64,000 bases of DNA from Myxococcota bacterium. GTDB taxonomy: Bacteria; Myxococcota_A; UBA9160; SZUA-336. The notes under the pieces were generated by a model that was not told where the DNA came from, made no database searches, and worked only from the letters and a program-made list of their open reading frames with translations. A program made the position numbers and the translations under genes. Shown in pieces: positions 18,527-27,707 of this stretch. The first letter of the stretch is position 1. Every line of letters begins with the position of its first letter. The DNA lies in NCBI GenBank assembly GCA_965247115.1, contig CBDFGR010000003.1:864001-928000 (forward strand). The letters are read 5' to 3'.

Positions 18527-19529
18527 TCCCTTCCGACTCAAAGCGCCGCACCTTCAGGCCCGCCGCTCGAAGCAGCTCGAGCGAGATGTCGCCCATCGGA
18601 AAGGGCGTGTCGTAGACGACCTCTGCGATGGCGGAGTTGATGATCATCTTGGTGCACCAGAGGCACGGGCAGAGGGTGGTGAACAGAGTGCCGGCACGGA
18701 CGGATACGCCGTGGTACGCGGACTGCGTGATGGCGTTCTCCTCGGCGTGACTGCAGAGGCACTCGTCCAGGCGGGTACCAGACTCGGCCGCGCGGTTGCA
18801 GCGGGGGCAGCCGCCCTCGTTGCAGTTCGGTAGTCCACGCGGGGTCCCGTTGTAGCCCGTCGAGATGATGCGGCGGTCAGACGTGATGATCGAGCCGACC
18901 TTGCGCTTGATGCAGTTCGAGCGCGTTGCAACGACGCGCGCGATGCTCATGAAGTAGGCATCCCACGTGGGGCGGTCGCGAAAGAGCAGACGGCCCTCCA
19001 ACAGCTCGTCAAGATGGCTCTCCAGCGTGCCGAGGTCCGCATCGTTCGCGATGACCTCGTCGGCCAGCTCGCGCACCCCGATCAACTTCTGGCCGGCCGC
19101 CTCTTCGCTCGACAGCTCCCTGCCTTCTAGCTCCAGGAACTCCTCCAGGGTGGCAGGGTCCCCCGGACGGGCCCTGGTCGCAGACCGCGCGAAGCGAAGC
19201 TCGGGGCTCGCCTCCACCCAGAGCAGCATGAGGTCCCCACCGACGCGGAGTGAGTCGATCTCCGCGGGGTGGCGAATCGAGTCGATCACGTGGTTTCGGT
19301 CCGCAGGGAGCGAGCGCAGGGCGCGGTCCGCCAGCACACCCAGCCCGAACTTCTCGCGCAACGTGCGGCCGCGCTCGATCATCCGCTCTCGGGTGGGCGA
19401 GAGCTCCTCCGCACGCAGGTCTTCGCGGATGACGTCGCTCAGGGACGCGCGATAGAAGCCGCGTCTCTCGAGCAGCGACACCACCTCGGTCTTGCCCGAG
19501 GCGTTCAACCCGGCCACCGCGATTCTCAT
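18510..19529 (-). CDS. P-loop kinase-like domain fused to dCMP deaminase
   Basis: Walker A GLNASGKT and DSIRHPAE in the N-half; RPTWDAYFM, TGYNGTP, HAEENAI, PCLWC Zn motifs in the C-half. Confidence 0.88.
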   Translation of the reverse strand: MRIAVAGLNASGKTEVVSLLERRGFYRASLSDVIREDLRAEELSPTRERMIERGRTLREKFGLGVLADRALRSLPADRNHVIDSIRHPAEIDSLRVGGDLMLLWVEASPELRFARSATRARPGDPATLEEFLELEGRELSSEEAAGQKLIGVRELADEVIANDADLGTLESHLDELLEGRLLFRDRPTWDAYFMSIARVVATRSNCIKRKVGSIITSDRRIISTGYNGTPRGLPNCNEGGCPRCNRAAESGTRLDECLCSHAEENAITQSAYHGVSVRAGTLFTTLCPCLWCTKMIINSAIAEVVYDTPFPMGDISLELLRAAGLKVRRFESEGMQAPA

Positions 19530-19591
19530 CTCGCCTCCCTCCCACACTCCGCGAGTGAAGCCTAGCACCTCCTCTGCTAGGGTCCCGAGTT

Positions 19592-19960
19592 GTGACGCGG
19601 CAGGTCGAAAAGCCCTGGGGGCACGAGGACATCTGGGCCAGAACCGACCGCTATGTTGGAAAGATCCTGTCGATCCTCCAGGGTCGGCGGCTGTCCCTGC
19701 AGCTGCACCGCCAGAAGGACGAGACCATCTACGTCCTCCGCGGTCGGCTCCGGTTGATCCTGGAGAACGAGGCCGGAGAGCTCGAGGCCGAAGAGCTCGG
19801 ACCCGGCGAGGCGCGCCGGATCTTGCCAGGCCGACAGCATCGCTTCGAAGCCATCGAGGATACGGACCTCGTCGAAGTGTCTACGCCAGAGCTCGATGAT
19901 GTGGTGCGGCTTGCCGACGATTACGGGCGCGAGAGCGACGAGAGTCACGGCGACAGGTGA
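19592..19960 (+). CDS. Cupin domain protein (type II mannose-6-phosphate isomerase C-terminal-like)
   Basis: VEKPWGHE, LSLQLH..KDET, EVSTPELDDVVRL.DDYGR. Confidence 0.85.
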   Translation: MTRQVEKPWGHEDIWARTDRYVGKILSILQGRRLSLQLHRQKDETIYVLRGRLRLILENEAGELEAEELGPGEARRILPGRQHRFEAIEDTDLVEVSTPELDDVVRLADDYGRESDESHGDR

Positions 19961-20904
19961 GCGGCGGCAGGACACTCGTAACGGGTTGCGCGGGCTTCGT
20001 CGGGTCTTGGCTGGTGCCAGCCCTCGGCGCTGCGGGCCACGAGGTGATTGGCCTTGAGCGACCCGGTCACGCGCCGGACGGGGACGAGACCGAGTGTCTC
20101 GAGGTCGATCTTCGCGAGCGCACCGCGATCTTCGACGCCGTGAAGCGAACCCGCCCGGCACGCGTGGTACACCTTGCTGCCTTGGCCGCACCGCCGCTGG
20201 CGGCCCGGGAGCCGCTCGAGGCCATGCGCGTGAACTACCTCGCCGTCGATCACCTGGTGGGGGCGTTGCTTGCCCACTCACCTGACTGCCGCTTGCTCTA
20301 CATCGGCACGGGAGACGTGTACGGGCTGCAAGCCGAAGGTGCGCCACCGTTCGGGGAGCGAGCGCAGATCCGGCCGGCCAACCTCTATGCCGCCTCCAAG
20401 GCTGCCGGAGAGCGCCGTGTCGAGCTCGCCTTCGAACGGGAGGGACTCGACGTGGTGCGAGCCCGCCCCTTCAACCATACCGGGCCGGGACGCCCGCCGG
20501 GCTATGCCGAGGCGAGCTTCGCGCGCCAGCTTGCGGGCATGGAGAGAGGCGCCAGCGAGCTCGTACTGCGCGTCGGCAACCTCGGATCCGTGCGCGACTT
20601 CAGCGACGTCCGCGATGTCGTACAGGCCTACATCCTGTTGCTCGAGCGCGCTCCGACGGGCGGCGTCTACAACGTGTGCAGCGGTGTCGGGCGCTCGATC
20701 TCGGAGCTGCTGAGCTGCCTGCTGGAGAAGTCCCCAGCGAGTCCCGAAGTGGTCATCGACCCGGAACGCTTCCGCCCGACTCGCGCGGATCAGATCGCTG
20801 CGGTCGGAGATCCGACGCACTTGCACGCGCTTGGGTGGAGGCCGCACGTGCCCTTTGATCAGACCATGGGCGACATTCTCGACGACTGGCGGAAGCGCGC
20901 GTGA
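19957..20904 (+). CDS. NAD-dependent epimerase/dehydratase (GDP-mannose dehydratase / Rmd-like)
   Basis: VTGCAGFVG, YAASK, RPFNHTGP, VGNL..VRDFSDVRDVV. Confidence 0.85.
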   Translation: MSGGRTLVTGCAGFVGSWLVPALGAAGHEVIGLERPGHAPDGDETECLEVDLRERTAIFDAVKRTRPARVVHLAALAAPPLAAREPLEAMRVNYLAVDHLVGALLAHSPDCRLLYIGTGDVYGLQAEGAPPFGERAQIRPANLYAASKAAGERRVELAFEREGLDVVRARPFNHTGPGRPPGYAEASFARQLAGMERGASELVLRVGNLGSVRDFSDVRDVVQAYILLLERAPTGGVYNVCSGVGRSISELLSCLLEKSPASPEVVIDPERFRPTRADQIAAVGDPTHLHALGWRPHVPFDQTMGDILDDWRKRA

Positions 20905-21731
20905 CCGAGCACGCGCGCGCACCAGCGATCCCCCGACTGCTCCTCGACCTCCTCGCGCAACGTCAGCCAGTCGCCGCCGCGCAACGCGTGCTCGAGACGA
21001 GGGCGCTCGTCCTCGAGGTAGCCCGAGAGCACCAGAGCTCTGCGCGCAGCACCGAGGAGCCGCGGAAGGCAGGGAAGCAGCTCTCGAAGGAGCATGTTCG
21101 CAGCGACGAGCTCGAAGCGCGCCCCCGCGAGAGCGGCGATGTCGCCGCAGACGAGCTGCAGAGGAAGCCGGTTGCGACGCGCATTCTCCAGCGCGTTCGC
21201 GCAGGCGACGCGATCGGTGTCGACGCCACAGGCACGTGCGGCGCCGAGCCGCAGAGCGGCCAGAGCGAGAATGCCGCTTCCGCTGCCGACGTCGAGCAAA
21301 CGATCTCCCGGCTCGAGCGTGTCGAGAAGCAGGCCGAGGGCGAGGCGGGTGGTGGCATGCTCGCCCGAGCCGAAGGCCTGCTGCGGATCGATCAGGATCT
21401 CGGGCAACCCCACGGACTCGCACCACGATGGACGGATCCAGAGCGCTCCGACACGGCGCGGGCGCAGGCCCTTGCGCCACTCGCGTTCCCAATCCACCGC
21501 AGGGACGGGCTCTGGGCCGTGAACACGGATCCTGCGCCGATCGCTCGCGAGAGCCAGAACCCGGGCGGCTCGCGCCGCGGAGACGGCGAAGTAGGCCAGG
21601 AGCTCCGGTCCCGCGTCCCTCGGACGCATGCGCTCCTCGATACCGTGCGTGCCCAATGAGTGCAGCTCCGCGCTCACGCGTTCGATCTCGACCTGGGGCA
21701 GCTCGATCCGGAACAGCTCGATCGGCTCCAC
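20859..21731 (-). CDS. prmA: Ribosomal protein L11 methyltransferase-like
   Basis: DWEREWR, IDPQQAFGSGEHATT, LDVGSGSGILA, VAANM, LSGY; start estimated at GTG 21731. Confidence 0.8.
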   Translation of the reverse strand: MEPIELFRIELPQVEIERVSAELHSLGTHGIEERMRPRDAGPELLAYFAVSAARAARVLALASDRRRIRVHGPEPVPAVDWEREWRKGLRPRRVGALWIRPSWCESVGLPEILIDPQQAFGSGEHATTRLALGLLLDTLEPGDRLLDVGSGSGILALAALRLGAARACGVDTDRVACANALENARRNRLPLQLVCGDIAALAGARFELVAANMLLRELLPCLPRLLGAARRALVLSGYLEDERPRLEHALRGGDWLTLREEVEEQSGDRWCARVLGHARFRQSSRMSPMV

Positions 21732-22729
21732 CTGCCCTCCCTCATGCGCTGCTGGTTGCGGGACTCGTGTTGGGACTCGGTGCCTGCAGCTCCGCAAGCT
21801 ACCTCACTCACCTGGGGCTGGGGCAGATGGGCGTGTTGCTGGACCGAGAGCGCCTGACGCCGGAACGGATTGCCGCGCTGACCCCGGAGGAGCGCTCTGG
21901 TCTCGAGCTGCTGGAGCGCGCACAGACGTTCGCAGAGTCGCTCGGCCTGAGCTCTTCTACAAGCTACCGTCACCTGATCGACCGCGCTGGCCGGAGTGCT
22001 CTCAGCGTCGTCACGGCGGCCCCAGCGGACCGGCTCGAGCCGCTGACCTGGTGGTTCCCGATCGTGGGGCGAGTCGCCTATCGCGGCTACTTCGACGCGG
22101 AGCGGGCGCACAGGTTTGCGGAACGCCTGGCGGAGGATGGCTTCGACACCTACGTTCGATCGGCCGCACTCTACAGCACTCTGGGCTTCTTCGACGATCC
22201 CGTGCCGCGTTCCATGCTGCTGTGGCCACACTTCGCGATCGTCAATACCCTGACACACGAACTCGTCCACGAGACGATCTTCGTGGCCGACGACATCGAC
22301 TACAACGAAGCGCTCGCGACCTTCATCGCCCACATCGCCACGCTGGAGTTCTTCGCCGATGTGTCCGCGCAGGCCGGTGCGGAACGACGCAGCTTCGCAG
22401 ACGACAAGACCTTCGCAGCCCTGCTCGAGGACTTGGCAGGCGAGCTCCAGGAGTTGTACGCGGAGGCGGAATCCGAAGCGGAGTCGCGCAGTCGTCGCGA
22501 GGGCATCTTCCGGCGCTACCGGGAGGAGGTCTTCCCCCAACAGCCGTGGCAGACACAACGATACAAGGGCTTTCCCGAGGCCCCGCTTTCGAACGCCTAC
22601 CTACTGGCGAACCGCGCTTACCTTGGCGCGCTGCCGTGCTTCGAGGCCAGGCTCGCGGACCACGATGGCAACCTGCGCGCGTTGATCCAGGCGGAGATTG
22701 CCGCTCCGGGACGCTCCGAGGGCTGCTGA
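21656..22729 (+). CDS. Putative zinc aminopeptidase lipoprotein
   Basis: Lipobox LGAC, WWFPIVGRVAYRGYF, YSTLGFFDDP, HELVH...NEALATF; start uncertain. Confidence 0.8.
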   Translation: MSAAPRSRVRSRPGAARSGTARSAPPALPHALLVAGLVLGLGACSSASYLTHLGLGQMGVLLDRERLTPERIAALTPEERSGLELLERAQTFAESLGLSSSTSYRHLIDRAGRSALSVVTAAPADRLEPLTWWFPIVGRVAYRGYFDAERAHRFAERLAEDGFDTYVRSAALYSTLGFFDDPVPRSMLLWPHFAIVNTLTHELVHETIFVADDIDYNEALATFIAHIATLEFFADVSAQAGAERRSFADDKTFAALLEDLAGELQELYAEAESEAESRSRREGIFRRYREEVFPQQPWQTQRYKGFPEAPLSNAYLLANRAYLGALPCFEARLADHDGNLRALIQAEIAAPGRSEGC

Positions 22730-22748
22730 GGCCGCGCTCCGGGCGAGC

Positions 22749-25025
22749 TCAGCGTTGGAGCGGCAGAGGCAGGAAAGGGTGGACCTGCGCCTGGGGGTTG
22801 CTGAGCTCGATCCGGATCGCGCCGTGGCGCGAGGTCTCCCACAACCGCGCGCCTATCTCGCGCACGCGACGGCGCACGTCCGGATGCGGCAGGGAAGAGC
22901 GCGAGCGCCGCCCCGCACTCGCGATCGCGATGCGGGGCGCAAGGGCCCTCAACCAAACAAGCGCCGTCGACGTGGCACTGCCGTGATGAGAGAGCTTGAG
23001 GATCTCGCAGCGGGTCAGCTCTGGCGCGAGTTTGCGCTCCACTTGCGCGGGAACATCCCCTGGCAGCATCGCGCAGTGCCGACCGGCGCGGACCCGGAGC
23101 ACGAGAGACGCGCCGTTGGAGCTCCTCGGCAAGGAGCCAGACGGGGGCCAGAGCATTCCGATGCGCAGCCCGGACGCTCGCCACGTGTCTCCCCTGGCGA
23201 CCAGGCGAATCGGGATCCCCAATCGCGCCGCCTGCCGCCGCAGACGTAGCGTCGCGGGAGCGAGGAGCGTGGCCTGCGACATCCACAGCTCGGCAACGTC
23301 CACTCCGCGGAGCACCGACTCGGCTCCCCCGATATGGTCGCGATCCGGATGCGTGAGCACCAACGCGCTCAGCGCGCGCACGCCCTCGGCGCGCAGCGCC
23401 GGGAGCACGACCCGGCGTCCGGCATCGAAGCTGGCAAGGCGTGGGCCGGCGTCCACGAGCCAGGCCTCTCCACCACTGCGGACGAGCACGGCATCGCCGT
23501 GCCCCACGTCGAGAAAGAGGAGAGATGCAGGCGCGTCCTCGTTCGCGCGCGAGGCGACCAGACCGAAAACGAGCGCGATGGAGGCCCCGAACAGCAGAGG
23601 CAAGCCGAGCCTTGCGTGGCCCCGTGTCACAAAGCGCAGCCCGAAGCCTGCGCCTGCGAGCCCCAGTGCGAACCAGGCGCGATCCCCCGCAGCGGTGAGC
23701 AGGTCAGGGCTCTCGAGGAGCTCGACGAGACGAATGCTTGCCTCGGCCGCGAGCTGGGCCAGCTGGATGAAGGGAACGCCGAAGCCCGGTGCGAGCGTCC
23801 CCACTACCGCAGCGGCGAGCGCGAGCGGAACCAGCAGCGCGCCGAACAGGGGAACCAAAATCAGGTTGGCGAGCAGCCCGGCCACAGGCAACGGCGCGCC
23901 TAGCTGTACAACAAGGGGTGCCGTCGCGAGACTGGCTGCGAGCGTGCAATGCACGAGTGGGGCAGAGGTCCCACGGCAGCTCCACAGGATGATCCCGCTC
24001 ACGGCAGCGAACGACAGCTGGAGAGCCGGATCGAACAGCGACCCTGGCTCGACTGCGATCACAACGAGTGCCGCCAGGGCAAGGGCATTCCAGCTCGCCT
24101 TCGGCCGCCCTCCGAGAACGGCGAGCGTTCCCGCGCAGGCCATGGCCGCGGCCCGCACCGCGGGGATTCCCGGACCCGTCAACAAGGCGTAGCAGAGGGC
24201 AAGGCCCGCGCCCGCGACCATCGAGATAGCACGCGCCCGCCGCAGCAGAGCAAGTCCCGGCGTCCACCGGACCAGCCAGGCGACCCCGAAGCGGCCGACG
24301 GCAAAGACCCAACCCACGTGTAGTCCCGAGACCGCGAGCAGGTGAGCGGTGCCGGCGCGCGAGAACGACTCGCGCACGCTGTCTGCAAGAGCTGCGCGCT
24401 CCCCTGTAACCAGAACGCGCAGGAGCTGGCCTGCTCGCGTTGGCTGGTCGGGCGGGTCGATCGAATCTCCGAGCCTGCGCCGGGCGCGCTCGAACCGCGT
24501 CTGGAGCGAGCGCGGCTCATCGCCTACTGGAAGCGCCGCTCCGCGGACACGACCTCGCGCCCGCACGCCACGGCGAGCCCAATAGTGGCGGGCACTCGAA
24601 GCCCCCGGGTTCGTGGCGGGGGATAGCGGGCCCAGCTCTACCCGTGCAAGTGCGATCGCTCCCGGTAGCAGCCGGCACGCCTCTAGACCCGCGGCGAGGC
24701 GCGCCCGTCCCTCCGAGACTCCGTGCACGTACACATCGAGGCTGCATCCAACTCCGTTGTGCCTGGGTGCGGAGAGAACGGTCAGCACCGTCGGCTCGCC
24801 AGCCGTGCTCGGAACCGGGGCGTGAAGGCGCAGGCCCAGCGCGAGGGCACCGAGCCCGACTCCGAGCAGGAGCTCGCCGCAGCCCGCCAGCCAGCCGCTC
24901 GGTCGCAGCCTCCAGCAGCAGAACCCGACCGCGACGGCTACTCCACACAGCGGCGGCGAGAGAGCGAGGGCGTCCTCGAGCAGGATGCCCGACGCGTAGG
25001 GGAGCACGACTCGGAGCAGTGGCAC
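22749..25025 (-). CDS. comEC: DNA internalization competence protein ComEC/Rec2
   Basis: GTAHLLAVSGLHVG, LQLSFAA, LDVGHGD, THPDRDHIGG, HHGS. Confidence 0.9.
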   Translation of the reverse strand: MPLLRVVLPYASGILLEDALALSPPLCGVAVAVGFCCWRLRPSGWLAGCGELLLGVGLGALALGLRLHAPVPSTAGEPTVLTVLSAPRHNGVGCSLDVYVHGVSEGRARLAAGLEACRLLPGAIALARVELGPLSPATNPGASSARHYWARRGVRARGRVRGAALPVGDEPRSLQTRFERARRRLGDSIDPPDQPTRAGQLLRVLVTGERAALADSVRESFSRAGTAHLLAVSGLHVGWVFAVGRFGVAWLVRWTPGLALLRRARAISMVAGAGLALCYALLTGPGIPAVRAAAMACAGTLAVLGGRPKASWNALALAALVVIAVEPGSLFDPALQLSFAAVSGIILWSCRGTSAPLVHCTLAASLATAPLVVQLGAPLPVAGLLANLILVPLFGALLVPLALAAAVVGTLAPGFGVPFIQLAQLAAEASIRLVELLESPDLLTAAGDRAWFALGLAGAGFGLRFVTRGHARLGLPLLFGASIALVFGLVASRANEDAPASLLFLDVGHGDAVLVRSGGEAWLVDAGPRLASFDAGRRVVLPALRAEGVRALSALVLTHPDRDHIGGAESVLRGVDVAELWMSQATLLAPATLRLRRQAARLGIPIRLVARGDTWRASGLRIGMLWPPSGSLPRSSNGASLVLRVRAGRHCAMLPGDVPAQVERKLAPELTRCEILKLSHHGSATSTALVWLRALAPRIAIASAGRRSRSSLPHPDVRRRVREIGARLWETSRHGAIRIELSNPQAQVHPFLPLPLQR

Positions 25026-25075
25026 CGCTTGCAGCAGGGTGTGCCGCCCCGGGACCGGTTGGATGGACTTCTAGA

Positions 25076-25408
25076 TCAGTGGAGTACGGGCGGGGGCCTG
25101 GACACGCGAGTCTGCTGACGGAGCCGCTCGAGGCAGACGCCAAGGACCTTCAGCGACTCGTCCATCTTCCTCAGCTCGGAGACGACCTGTCCGACGAGGG
25201 CGTTCACCTCGTGCAAGGACTGGAGACCGGCGCGCCGGCTGGCCTGGTAGGCACTCGCCAGGTTCACGAGAAGCTCCTCGCACTCCTCCGCACTCGGCTC
25301 GCGGCTCCCGAAGCTGTCCAGCAGCGGGGTGAGGTGATCGGAGAACTCCTCCCCGACGCCGAAGCGCGTCTCGAGAATCTGCATCAGCTTCTTGCTGAAC
25401 GCCGTCAT
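25076..25408 (-). CDS. Hypothetical helical protein
   Basis: Amphipathic helical composition ending in ...PPVLH; no recognised family. Confidence 0.6.
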   Translation of the reverse strand: MTAFSKKLMQILETRFGVGEEFSDHLTPLLDSFGSREPSAEECEELLVNLASAYQASRRAGLQSLHEVNALVGQVVSELRKMDESLKVLGVCLERLRQQTRVSRPPPVLH

Positions 25409-25567
25409 ACGACCCCGGGTGAGCAAGGAGAATGCCAAGTGCGGGATGCGACGGGACGCTCACCGGTTCGAGTTTGAAACCGGGGGCTTCGACCGACCCA
25501 TTGCGCATAGCTTCAGGAGCGGAGAGCGCGATGGTGAGGAAGAGCGTTGCCCGATGGGTGGACCGGA

Positions 25568-26455
25568 CTACTCACGCCAACGGCGCGGAACCCCGGCGCG
25601 CGTGGCCTTGCGCTCGAGCACGTTCAGCTGCTGGTCCCAGTAGGCTTCCTGCTCCTCGAGATCGGACACCTGTGCCACGTTCTCCTCGGGCATTCGCGCC
25701 AGCTTCGCTCTGACCAGGGAGAGCTGGCCACGGACCTGACGAAACTTGGTGCGCCAGGCGATCTGGTCCAGGCCGCCGTAGATCCCGTCGATCGAGTTGA
25801 TGTCGATCTCCTCCAGGACCAGCGTGCCGCGGGCGGGATCCAGCTCCACCCGGAAGTTGTTGAAGAAGGGCATGCCGAGCAGGCCGGTACTCATGGTGTC
25901 GAGGACGGCCATCTCGACGTTCTCGACCACCGCGCTGCCGATGCGTACCGAGCGGAGGGTCACGACGGGCACCTTCATGCCGACGCCCCCGATCCCGGCC
26001 ACCACGGTGCTGGGCGTATCGGCATCGATCGTGAGGCCGAGGCGATCCACGGCCGAGCGCGGAATCGTGTTCAGCGACGCGCCCGTATCCGCAACGTACG
26101 GCCAGGCCAGCGAACCGTTGAGGGTGGCAAGCAGGCGGATCTCGTTGCCGGCTCGCTGAATTCCCAGTACGTGCCTGGACCCCGACCTGGCCGACGGCTC
26201 CCAGCGCGGCTGCGCCGAGGCCGGCAGCCCTGTGGAGTTCGGGGAGATCACCACGTTGTTCCAGCCGCGTGAGGGCGTGGACTCGTTAACATCTCGCTCC
26301 GCACCGGGCCGCTGACTCGCTGGGACCTGTGACAGGTCGTCCGTCATGTGGACCTGCCCCTTCGCATCCGTCCACTGGTAAATCTCGCCGCTCGCGCCCG
26401 CAGCAAGCAGGCAGAGTACGCTGCACACGGCCACCAGGACTGCCCAACGGCGCAT
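25568..26455 (-). CDS. Exported retropepsin-like aspartyl protease with N-terminal DUF4124
   Basis: Signal peptide, EIYQWTDAKGQVHMTD, DTGAS, LLGMPFF. Confidence 0.85.
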   Translation of the reverse strand: MRRWAVLVAVCSVLCLLAAGASGEIYQWTDAKGQVHMTDDLSQVPASQRPGAERDVNESTPSRGWNNVVISPNSTGLPASAQPRWEPSARSGSRHVLGIQRAGNEIRLLATLNGSLAWPYVADTGASLNTIPRSAVDRLGLTIDADTPSTVVAGIGGVGMKVPVVTLRSVRIGSAVVENVEMAVLDTMSTGLLGMPFFNNFRVELDPARGTLVLEEIDINSIDGIYGGLDQIAWRTKFRQVRGQLSLVRAKLARMPEENVAQVSDLEEQEAYWDQQLNVLERKATRAGVPRRWRE

Positions 26456-26597
26456 CGCATGCTCTTCGACTGCCGAGTTCGCCTTCTTCACCTGCACTGG
26501 CATCGGCTTCGCGAGCGTCATCCTTGACGTCCTGTGAACCTTCTAGTCGACGAGCGAGGTCTGCGAAGGCAGTAGGGCTGAGCAACGCTGGGTGGTC

Positions 26598-26713
26598 GCA
26601 AGCCGCGCCGAAGGCGCGGCGCGCAGCGAGCCGGAGGCGAGCGTAGGTGGGTGGCCGTCAGCGGCCCGCGGGTCGCTGACCCGCGGGAGGGCCGCCCGCG
26701 CGCCGGGTCCCAC
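26598..26713 (-). repeat. REP-like palindromic repeat, type B with internal hairpin insert
   Basis: Minus strand GTGGGACCCGGCGCGCG + same hairpin as 18406 + CCACCCACCTACGCTCGCCTCCGGCTCGCTGCGCGCCGCGCCTTCGGCGCGGCTTGC. Confidence 0.8.
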
Positions 26714-26717
26714 AAGG

Positions 26718-27698
26718 CTAGCCCCAGAGGTCGCGGGGTGGGGGGTACATGAGGCTGCCTTCGTAGCGGATGGCCGGCTCGCGGTCGCGGGTCAGGAGGA
26801 GGGGACCGTCGAGGTCGACATACGTGGCGTGGCTGGCGAGAAGGGCTGCAGGCGCCATCCCGAGCGAGGTTCCGACCATACAGCCCAAGAAGATCCCCAG
26901 GCCGGCGCGTCGGGCGGAGCCGACCAGGCGCAGCGCCTCGGTCAGCCCCCCCGCCTTGTCGAGCTTGACGTTGACGAAGCGGTAGCCGCGCGGAAGCCCG
27001 TCCAGGGAGCGCGTATCGTGGCAGGACTCGTCCGCGCATAGAGGAACGGGCGACGTGAAGGCGTCGAGGGCTGCGTGGTCCACCCGGGGGAGAGGCTGCT
27101 CGATGAGCTCGACGCCGAGCTCGGCCAGGCGTGGAGCCAGCTCGCGCAGCTGTTCGAGGGACCAGGCCTCGTTCGCGTCGACGATCAACCGGGCAGAAGG
27201 GGCCGCCGCTCGGATTGCGACCACCCGCTCCAGATCGGTGTCGCCTCCGAGCTTGAGCTTGAGCAGCGGCCGGTCGGAAGCGGCACGCGCTGCCTCGGCC
27301 ATGGCCTGGGGTGTGTCGAGACTGATCGTGTACGCCGTGAGCTGTGGGACGGGTTTCGGAAGCTGCGCCAGCTCCCACGCGCTGCGACCGCTCTGCTTGG
27401 CCTCGAGGTCCCACAGCGCGCAGTCGAGCGCGTTTCGCGCGGCACCCGCGGGCAGGAGCTCGCCGAGTCCGGCTCGGTCCAGGCCAGCTTCCACTTCGGA
27501 GCGGATCGCCTCCAGCGCGGCCTGCACGCCTTCAACAGTCTCGTCGTAGCGAGCATACGGGACGCACTCGCCGCGGCCGAGTGCCTCGCCTGCGCGGATC
27601 TCGGCAACGACCACCCGCGACTCCGTCTTGCTGCCCCGGGAGATGCGGAACTTCCCCGCGATCGGCCAGGACTCCGCTCGCACGGAGAGGCTCCGCAA
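26718..27698 (-). CDS. dgcA: N-acetyl-D-glutamate racemase / L-Ala-D/L-Glu epimerase family (enolase superfamily)
   Basis: FRISRGSK, GAARNALDCALWDLEAK, KLKLG, DANE, EQP, ADES, DLDG; adjacent to a DUF1611 gene. Confidence 0.8.
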   Translation of the reverse strand: MRSLSVRAESWPIAGKFRISRGSKTESRVVVAEIRAGEALGRGECVPYARYDETVEGVQAALEAIRSEVEAGLDRAGLGELLPAGAARNALDCALWDLEAKQSGRSAWELAQLPKPVPQLTAYTISLDTPQAMAEAARAASDRPLLKLKLGGDTDLERVVAIRAAAPSARLIVDANEAWSLEQLRELAPRLAELGVELIEQPLPRVDHAALDAFTSPVPLCADESCHDTRSLDGLPRGYRFVNVKLDKAGGLTEALRLVGSARRAGLGIFLGCMVGTSLGMAPAALLASHATYVDLDGPLLLTRDREPAIRYEGSLMYPPPRDLWG

Positions 27699-27707
27699 GT
27701 CCGTAGC

